Source: an uncultured delta proteobacterium
GTDB lineage: Bacteria; Myxococcota_A; Polyangia; Polyangiales; Houyiibacteriaceae
DNA length: 64,000 nt
Assembly: GCA_963699755.1 (NCBI GenBank)
Contig: CAVOVB010000006.1
Location: forward strand, 32,001-96,000
Direction of reading: 5' to 3'
The notes under the pieces were generated by a model. It searched no databases, had not been told where the DNA came from, and saw nothing but the letters and a program-made list of their open reading frames with translations. Below are positions 57,232 through 64,000 of this stretch, piece by piece. Within the stretch, counting starts at the first letter, position 1. The number at the start of each line of letters is the position of its first letter. A program made the translations under genes and the position numbers.

Positions 57232-58947
57232 CTAGGGACGTCTCAGCCTCTGCACAGCGATCGACCCCTCGATGATCATCCAGATCAGCAAGACGAGCAA
57301 GAGCGAGGCCAGTGCGGTGAGCGGGGCATTGCCTTCGGCGAGAAACTGCTGAAGCTTGCTGATCAAGGCCAGGGCTGCGACCGGCATCACCAACAGCATC
57401 GGAATGACCAGTGGCCAGACCGGTCGCTTCCGAGCAAAGAAGTAGAGGGACAAGGTCATGAGCGTCAATGCGGCCAGCAGCTGGTTGCTCGCGCCGAAGA
57501 TCGGCCAAAGCACCCATCCGACCGCCTTGGCTTGCCCCGTGCTAGGGTCCGGGGTCTCGGCAAGCGCCAGATACATGGCAGGAACGACCGCGATGATCGT
57601 CGCAACGTACGGATTGGTCAGCGGCTTGATTCGAACAACCTCCCCCAGCTCGCTCAGGATGAAGCGCTGGATTCGCGTTGCGGTGTCGAGCGAGGTCGCT
57701 GCAAACGCGATCACCAAAACGGCCATCAGGGTTCGCGCCAGCTCCGACGATAAGCCGACTGCCTCGAGAAACGCGCCGCCGCCGAGCACGAAGGCGGCGG
57801 CTTTGTTGCCACCGGCGTGCGCCCAGTTGTCGTAGTAGACGGCCCAGCTCAGATCCTCGATCGCTCCTTGGCTGGGCAGTGCGCAGGCACCAACCAAACC
57901 AATGCCGGCAACCGCCGCCAGAGTGGAGGCAAGTGCGAGGGAGCCTTCGCCGAGCATTGCGCCGTAGCCGATCATCCGCGCGTCGGACAAGCGATCGATT
58001 TGTTTCGATGTCGTCCCGGACGAGACGAGCCCGTGGAAGCCGCTGATCGCGCCGCATGCAATCGTGACGAAAAGGATCGGAAAGATCGAGGGCGCCCCCG
58101 CTTCTGGGGATCGATACACTGGGGCGTCGAAGCTCGGATGCGCGATGAGAACGCCGAGGAACAAGAGCCCGAGCCCGACGAAGAGCTGATGGCTGTTGAT
58201 GTAGTCGCGAGGTTGCAGCAGCATCCAAACCGGAAGGAGGCTGGCGACCGCCGAGTACAGCAGGAGGAAGAAGATCCAAGCGGTCGTCACCATGTGCTTG
58301 TCGAAGCCCATTGCCACGAAGTCGACTGGCACTTCCGCCCCAACCCAGACGAAGAAGTACAGGACGGCAAGGGCGATCAGCGACGGCCAGAGGATCTTCA
58401 TTCGCCGCTTGTAGACCAGCCACCCGATGACGACCGCGACCGCGATTTGAATGTTGATCGGAATCACGCTGGTCGGCTGACTGACGAAGAGGCCTGCGAT
58501 CGCCATCGCGAAGACCGCGAGAACGAGCCAGATCAGCACGAGCACGAAGCACATGAAGAGAATTCGGGCCCGAGGGCTGATGGTCTTTGCGGTGATGTCC
58601 GCAATCGAGTGGCCCTTCTCGCGAATGCTGGCGACGAGCGCACCGAAATCGTGCGCGGCCCCCATGAAGATGGTCCCGAGGACGACCCACACGAGCGCAG
58701 GACCCCAGCCCCAGTAGGCCGCTACGCAAGGGCCGATGATCGGGGCGGCGCCTGCGATTGAGGTGAAGTGGTGTCCGAAGAGCACCGCTCGTTGTGTGGG
58801 CACGAAATCAACGCCGTCGTCGAGCTCGTGCGCCGGCGTGACGATGTCGTCCTGATCCTCGAAGACGCGCTCACCGAGGAATCGCGCGTAGAAGCGATAC
58901 GCGATCAAGAATGCGCCCAGGACCAGAGCTGCCGCCACCGCCGCCAT
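57232..58947 (-). CDS. cstA: Carbon starvation protein A (CstA) transporter
   Basis: TPAHELDDGVDFVPT, GHHFTSIAGAAPIIGP, LLQPRDYINS, IACGAISGFH, WPIFGASNQLLA. Confidence 0.93.
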   Translation of the reverse strand: MAAVAAALVLGAFLIAYRFYARFLGERVFEDQDDIVTPAHELDDGVDFVPTQRAVLFGHHFTSIAGAAPIIGPCVAAYWGWGPALVWVVLGTIFMGAAHDFGALVASIREKGHSIADITAKTISPRARILFMCFVLVLIWLVLAVFAMAIAGLFVSQPTSVIPINIQIAVAVVIGWLVYKRRMKILWPSLIALAVLYFFVWVGAEVPVDFVAMGFDKHMVTTAWIFFLLLYSAVASLLPVWMLLQPRDYINSHQLFVGLGLLFLGVLIAHPSFDAPVYRSPEAGAPSIFPILFVTIACGAISGFHGLVSSGTTSKQIDRLSDARMIGYGAMLGEGSLALASTLAAVAGIGLVGACALPSQGAIEDLSWAVYYDNWAHAGGNKAAAFVLGGGAFLEAVGLSSELARTLMAVLVIAFAATSLDTATRIQRFILSELGEVVRIKPLTNPYVATIIAVVPAMYLALAETPDPSTGQAKAVGWVLWPIFGASNQLLAALTLMTLSLYFFARKRPVWPLVIPMLLVMPVAALALISKLQQFLAEGNAPLTALASLLLVLLIWMIIEGSIAVQRLRRP

Positions 58948-59030
58948 TTGTCGCGTTGGTGGGCTTTTTTCCGATTTCGGTCAAGCACAATCCCACTTTC
59001 CTTTGCGATGAAAGACGCTAAGGTCCCGGC

Positions 59031-60092
59031 ATGAGTGGGACCTTCCGACCTCATGGCGTCTGGACCGCGTTGGCAACTCCGTTTTCGACGGACAAGCAGG
59101 TCGACTACGACTCGTTGCGTCGGCTGACCGATTTTCAGGTGCAAGAAGGTATCGACGGCGTGCTTCCTTGCGGCACCACGGGCGAGTCGCCGACCCTTTC
59201 ATGGCAAGAGCACGACGCCGTCGTCGACGCGGCGATTCGAGCCGTCGACGGACGCGTGGGTGTCTTGGCGGGTGCTGGTAGCAACAACAGCCAAGAAGCG
59301 ATTCGGGCCACGAATCAAGCCAAAGAAGCCGGTGCCAACGCAGCGCTGCTCGTGGATTGCTACTACAATGGCCCTTCGAGCCTGGAGCTGCGCACGGAGT
59401 ACTACGAACGAATCCTCGAGAGCGTTCCGGGCATTCCGGTCGTTCCCTACGTGATTCCGGGTCGCACAGGCTGTGCGCTTTCCGCGGCCGATCTCGCTGT
59501 CTTGCATCTAAACGATCCAAAGCGCGTACCCGCGGTCAAGCAAGCTACGGGCGACCTCGAGCGCATGCGCCTGGACCGCAAGCTTGCTGGGCCTGCCCTG
59601 AGCATTCTCTCGGGCGACGACGACCTCACGCTCACGATGATGCGCGACGAAGAGATTCGCGGCTGCGGCGTCATCAGCGTGCTGTCGAATATCGCACCGG
59701 GCGCCATCGGCTCCATGGTTCGCGCTCAAGTCGCGGGAGACATCGAAGAGACGGAGCGGCTCGCCAACGCACTTGCTCCCGTGCTCCGGCTGGTCAACTG
59801 CTCGGTGACTTCGGTGCGGACGCTTCCGAACGGGCAAAGCGTCGATGTGACTGACAAGTTCCGAAACCCGGTCCCGCTCAAGACCATGATGGCTGGGCTC
59901 GGCATGGTCTCCTCGGCCATGCGCCCACCTCTCGGGCGGATGAGCGCAACGGCCGTCGCGCAGTGCCGGGACGCCTTGCGCGAGGTTCACAGCGCCGACC
60001 CCGGCATTCTCGGCCCAATCGAGGACGCGTTCGACGTGCGAATCGATCAGCGACTCGGAGACGACGCAAGATGGTCGGCGCTGACCCGTTGA
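59031..60092 (+). CDS. dapA: 4-hydroxy-tetrahydrodipicolinate synthase (DapA family)
   Basis: [36 protein letters not shown] (Schiff-base Lys), LSGDD, NPVPLK. Confidence 0.8.
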   Translation: MSGTFRPHGVWTALATPFSTDKQVDYDSLRRLTDFQVQEGIDGVLPCGTTGESPTLSWQEHDAVVDAAIRAVDGRVGVLAGAGSNNSQEAIRATNQAKEAGANAALLVDCYYNGPSSLELRTEYYERILESVPGIPVVPYVIPGRTGCALSAADLAVLHLNDPKRVPAVKQATGDLERMRLDRKLAGPALSILSGDDDLTLTMMRDEEIRGCGVISVLSNIAPGAIGSMVRAQVAGDIEETERLANALAPVLRLVNCSVTSVRTLPNGQSVDVTDKFRNPVPLKTMMAGLGMVSSAMRPPLGRMSATAVAQCRDALREVHSADPGILGPIEDAFDVRIDQRLGDDARWSALTR

Positions 60093-60099
60093 GTGGACC

Positions 60100-61137
60100 G
60101 TGTACAAGGCGCTAATTCGCCCGTTGCTGTATTTGCTTCCCGCGGAGGCAGCTCATCATTTGGCGTTTGGCTGCCTGCGATTGCTCGCGGCGATTCCTGG
60201 CGTGCTCACGCTCATGCGGCGCGTGTTTCACGACAACGGCGATGGGGTTCGTGTCCAAGCGCTCGATCTTGAATTCCCGAACCCGGTCGGCTTGGCTGCA
60301 GGATTCGACAAAGACGCGATCGGCTACGAGGCCTTGGGTGCGATGGGCTTCGGCTTCGTCGAGGTGGGAACACTGACCGGGCAGGCCCAGCCGGGTAACC
60401 CGAAGCCGCGCTTGTTCCGGCTTCAGAAGGATCGGGCGCTCGTGAACCGAATGGGCTTCAACAATCATGGCTCCGCTGAGGCGGTGGCTCGTTTGCAGCG
60501 TCCGCATCAGACGATTGTTGGGGTCAACATCGGAAAGACCAAGCTCGTCCCCGAAGAGCAAGCGATAGGCGACTATGTCGCAAGCGCCAGGAGAGTGGGC
60601 CCGTACGCCGACTACGTCGTGGTCAACGTGAGCTCGCCCAACACCCCGGGTCTACGCAACCTACAAGCCACCGAAAAGCTGCGTCCGCTGCTCGCAGCAG
60701 TTCGTGAAGCACTTAATGAAGTATCTCCGACGCGGCGAGTCCCTTTGCTGGTCAAAATCGCCCCCGACTTGGCCGATGAGGACCTTGACGCAGTAGCGGA
60801 CCTTGCCCTCGCGCTCAGCCTCGACGGGATCATCGCCACCAACACGACGATCTCGCGCGACGGGCTCGTGAGCTCCGCCGACGATGTCGAACGTTGCGGC
60901 GCCGGTGGCCTGAGCGGTCCGCCGCTGCGAGAGCGCTCGATGGAAGTGCTTCAGCGATTGCGGGCCAGAGTCGGCGACCGACTCGTGCTGATCTCGGTCG
61001 GCGGCATCGAAACGCCTGAGCAAGCCCTGGAGCGGATTCAGGCCGGAGCGACGCTGGTGCAGATCTATACGGCGTTCGTGTACGAGGGGCCGTGGCTGCC
61101 GAGCCGGCTGGCGCGGGGGATCGCGGGACAGGGGTAG
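60100..61137 (+). CDS. pyrD: Quinone-dependent dihydroorotate dehydrogenase (class 2)
   Basis: [43 protein letters not shown]. Confidence 0.96.
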   Translation: MYKALIRPLLYLLPAEAAHHLAFGCLRLLAAIPGVLTLMRRVFHDNGDGVRVQALDLEFPNPVGLAAGFDKDAIGYEALGAMGFGFVEVGTLTGQAQPGNPKPRLFRLQKDRALVNRMGFNNHGSAEAVARLQRPHQTIVGVNIGKTKLVPEEQAIGDYVASARRVGPYADYVVVNVSSPNTPGLRNLQATEKLRPLLAAVREALNEVSPTRRVPLLVKIAPDLADEDLDAVADLALALSLDGIIATNTTISRDGLVSSADDVERCGAGGLSGPPLRERSMEVLQRLRARVGDRLVLISVGGIETPEQALERIQAGATLVQIYTAFVYEGPWLPSRLARGIAGQG

Positions 61138-61168
61138 CGACAGATGCAGTGCCAGGGCTGAGCCGAGC

Positions 61169-61720
61169 TCATGCGTGGTCTTTGGTGTCCGCGAGCTGGG
61201 CTAAGTCTCGGATCATCCGGATGGTGATGGCAACGACCAGGAGCAGATACGCGACCATGATCACGATGAACAGGTCGTTTGCGAAATTGGTCTGCTCGAG
61301 GTTTGCCTCGATGGCGAGCTCGACGGCCAGCGCCAAGAGCGCGGCGGTCAATAGCCCGATCCAAGCCATCGGGGCGGCGATGCGATCCATCGCGACATCG
61401 CGCCGCTCGTCCGTTGCGAGCCAGTAGTCGCGATTCGGAATGTTGAGCCAGCGCGCTGGGAGCCGTTTCAGCATCCCCGCGGCCGCAAACACGAGCGCGA
61501 CGCTTCCGCCCACCGATGCCGTCAAGAACCAGAAGAACGGCCCCTTTGACATGTAGTCGTTCGGTCTGCCTCCCGCGCCGAAATGAGAGGCCACCGTCTC
61601 GGGCAGCTCCGACCAAACCAAGGCGACGCGCAGCATCAGCGCGATGGTGATGACGAGCGTGAGCAGCAAAGGCCCACGAATCGCGCCCGAGCCCCGCCTC
61701 GTCGTAGGTTCGTTCGTCAT
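61169..61720 (-). CDS. DUF1648 membrane protein
   Basis: LPETVASHFGAGGRPNDYMSK motif; four TM helices. Confidence 0.82.
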   Translation of the reverse strand: MTNEPTTRRGSGAIRGPLLLTLVITIALMLRVALVWSELPETVASHFGAGGRPNDYMSKGPFFWFLTASVGGSVALVFAAAGMLKRLPARWLNIPNRDYWLATDERRDVAMDRIAAPMAWIGLLTAALLALAVELAIEANLEQTNFANDLFIVIMVAYLLLVVAITIRMIRDLAQLADTKDHA

Positions 61721-61872
61721 GATGTCCGCCTAGCTAGAGGGTAGCGAACTCAGAGAGCTGTGGGTAGGTCTCGCCTGCGCTCCTGTAGGTGCCAGCGTCG
61801 GTGCCCGCATCAGCGCTCATGGCTGCTCTTGTCGTCTCGTGCGCGACGCTCTGAAGAGCTGCTGCCGCGGTG

Positions 61873-63135
61873 TCACTCCCGCGCGTCGACGAACGCCGCA
61901 GCAACGGAGTCCGACCAGACGTTGACTGTCGTTCGGAGCATGTCGAGAATGCGGTCGACCGCGAGAATCAGGGCGACCGCGCTCGTCGGTAGGCCGACTG
62001 CATTCAGGACGACGACCATCATGACCATGCCAGCATGCGGGATCCCCGCTGCACCGACGCTGGCAAGCAGTGCCGTCACAGCGACGAGGCCCTGCTGCGC
62101 GATCGTGAGGTCGATCCCGTATACCTGGGCGATGAAGAGAACCGCGACGGCTTCGTAGAGCGCGGTGCCATCCATGTTGATCGTCGCGCCAAGGGGGAGT
62201 ACGAAGGAGCTCACCTCTGGCCGAACGCCTGCCTTTTCGACGTTTTCCATCGTGAGAGGGAGGGTGCCGTTGCTCGACGCGGTGCTGAAGGCGGTCACCA
62301 GAGCGGTCATGAGCTGTCGGGCGTACGCGATCGGCGAACGGCCCGTGCCGAGCTTCAAGATGGTGGGCAGGGTGATCATCGCGTGGACCATCAGCGCGAT
62401 GAAGACGGTGAAGACGTACCAGCCCAGGACGCGAAATGCCCCTGGGCCTTTGCCGGCCGCCGCGTATAGGGTGAATCCAAACACACCGATCGGTGCGAAC
62501 TTCACCACGAAGAGCGTCATCTGCATCATCACGTCGAAAAGCCCGGAGAAGAAGCGTCGCACGACGTGCGCGTCCTTCGATCCTTCGCGGTGCTCGGCGA
62601 TCCCGATGAACACGCCGATGAGGAGTGCGAAGAAGATCACCGGGAGCATGTCGCCCTGGGTTGCGGCGGCGAGTGGGTTCTTGGGGATCAGGCTTTCGAA
62701 TTGTTCCCAGAGGACGACCCCGATGCTGCTCGGGGCCTCGGTCAAGAGCGGGTTTGTCGCGGCCCCTTCTTCGAGCATGGCGAGCTTGGCGCCTTCGCCC
62801 GGCCGGATGATGTTCACCATCGCGATTCCCGTCACGATCGCGAGAGCGCTTGTCGCCAGATAGAAGCCGATCGCGCGCCCGCCAATGGAGCCCAGGGTCC
62901 GGAGGTCGCCCATCCCGGTCACGCCGGTGATCAGCGAAGAGATGATCAGAGGAACCACGAGCATCTGGAGGAGCCTGAGGAACAGGTCGCCTATCGCCTT
63001 GCCAGCCATCGCGGCCTTGCCGACAATCTCGGTGTCAACCATGCCCTGGCCGCCGGCCCAGTTCAGGCCTAGCCCGAGGGCTGCACCTAGCCCCATGGCG
63101 ATCAGGATCCAATGGTGGAGTTGCAGTCGCTTCAC
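61873..63135 (-). CDS. Dicarboxylate/amino acid:cation symporter (DAACS, GltP-like)
   Basis: AFSTASSNGTLP, LPLGATINMDGTALY, AVDRILDMLRTTVNVWSD. Confidence 0.93.
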   Translation of the reverse strand: MKRLQLHHWILIAMGLGAALGLGLNWAGGQGMVDTEIVGKAAMAGKAIGDLFLRLLQMLVVPLIISSLITGVTGMGDLRTLGSIGGRAIGFYLATSALAIVTGIAMVNIIRPGEGAKLAMLEEGAATNPLLTEAPSSIGVVLWEQFESLIPKNPLAAATQGDMLPVIFFALLIGVFIGIAEHREGSKDAHVVRRFFSGLFDVMMQMTLFVVKFAPIGVFGFTLYAAAGKGPGAFRVLGWYVFTVFIALMVHAMITLPTILKLGTGRSPIAYARQLMTALVTAFSTASSNGTLPLTMENVEKAGVRPEVSSFVLPLGATINMDGTALYEAVAVLFIAQVYGIDLTIAQQGLVAVTALLASVGAAGIPHAGMVMMVVVLNAVGLPTSAVALILAVDRILDMLRTTVNVWSDSVAAAFVDARE

Positions 63136-63180
63136 GAGCGCGCATTATGCGGACGCCCTCCTTCGATGTAAAACCAAGCC

Positions 63181-64000
63181 ATGACCGACGAGAATCCAGA
63201 CAAAGGGCCGCTTTTTGAGCTTCGGGGGGCCCTCGATGTCCTCGATCACGAGCTGCTGGAGTTGCTGGTCCGGCGAATGGACATCGTGGCAGAGATCGCG
63301 GCGCGCAAGCGTTCGCACCGGGTTCGGATTCGCGACCTCGCCCGCGAGCGCCGGGTTCTCGATGATCGCTGCGCCCGCGCCGCGGAGCTGGGGCTATCCG
63401 CCGACAGCGTCGAATCGATCTGGAGGCAGCTCATGCTCATGAGCCGTGAGCGTCAAGCGGCGCTACGCGCGGAGGTGCCGCTCGACGTCGAGGCAAGGTC
63501 GGTGGCGATCATCGGCGGCGAAGGAGGCATGGGGCGTTCGCTCGTCACCTTGTTCTCCGACCTCGGGCACGACGTCTACAGCGCGGACCTCGAAACCGAG
63601 CTTCGACCGGCAGACGCCGCGGCGCAGTCCGACGTGGTGATCATCAGCGTACCCATCCGCGAGACTCGCGCGGTCATCGAGGCGCTCGGCCCTCTCGTTC
63701 GAAAGGATGCGCTCCTCATGGACGTGACGTCGATCAAGACCGACCCGGTAGCGGCGATGCTGGAGTCGACGGAAGCCAGTGTGGTGGGCACCCATCCGAT
63801 GTTCGGCCCAGGGGTCAACACCTACCAAGGGCAGCGAGTTGTGATCTGCCCTGGCCGAGGCGAAGCCTGGCTCGATTGGGTTCGTGAGATGCTCAGCGCC
63901 CGTGGGCTGGTCATCACCGAGTCCACCCCGGCCGAGCACGACTCGAGGATGGCGATCGTGCAGGTCCTGCATCACTTCAAGACGCAGGTGCTTGGGATGG
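63181..64000 (+). CDS. tyrA: Bifunctional chorismate mutase / prephenate dehydrogenase (runs off the window)
   Basis: Manual translation from ATG 63181: LRGALDVLDHELLELLVRRMDIVAEIAARK (AroQ-type mutase), then IIGGEGGMG, DVTSIK, GTHPMFGP, EHDSRMAIVQ. Confidence 0.88.
   Translation, partial: MTDENPDKGPLFELRGALDVLDHELLELLVRRMDIVAEIAARKRSHRVRIRDLARERRVLDDRCARAAELGLSADSVESIWRQLMLMSRERQAALRAEVPLDVEARSVAIIGGEGGMGRSLVTLFSDLGHDVYSADLETELRPADAAAQSDVVIISVPIRETRAVIEALGPLVRKDALLMDVTSIKTDPVAAMLESTEASVVGTHPMFGPGVNTYQGQRVVICPGRGEAWLDWVREMLSARGLVITESTPAEHDSRMAIVQVLHHFKTQVLGM

Overview
High-GC, gene-dense chromosomal window that looks like a Myxococcota (Polyangia-like) bacterium. This is inferred from the split atpZ-atpI-atpB-atpE operon, a CxxxY-type CcmE, a sigma-54 activator, a Cys-rich lipoprotein and Myxococcus-type LexA-like boxes. 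Left part: type II secretion operon (gspC-D-E-F, an atypical uncleavable GspG-like gene, gspG-H-I and the start of gspJ) with a sigma-54 promoter and an adjacent sigma-54 response regulator; then a PA0069/Rv2578c-type radical SAM gene, cysH, gor, a UPF0262/HAD-phosphatase divergon and antiporter-mfd-HEAT. Middle: acyl-CoA dehydrogenase, LuxR-type HTH, LLM oxidoreductase, enoyl-CoA hydratase, two parvulin/SurA PPIases, a moxR-DUF58-batA-E operon, hemL, Fo ATP synthase genes, ccmE, an 11-mer repeat secreted protein and a DUF1998 helicase plus YprB-like exonuclease (MrfAB-like). Right part: Kazal/Cys-rich lipoprotein, osmC-like, dusB, class II amidotransferase, a three-gene acyl-CoA carboxylase, esterase, class V PLP enzyme, cstA, dapA-like, pyrD, a DAACS symporter and the start of tyrA. 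I saw no tRNA, rRNA, CRISPR array, prophage or IS element. The most notable signals are non-coding: two matching LexA-like operators in front of the two DNA-repair loci, a repeated leaderless-mRNA promoter signature, two consensus sigma-54 promoters, a 119-nt rod-like hairpin between moxR and hemL, and a tandem operator plus terminator unit (candidate sRNA) beside the LuxR-type gene. All product calls come from motif recognition by eye, not database searches. I cannot claim a wholly new system.
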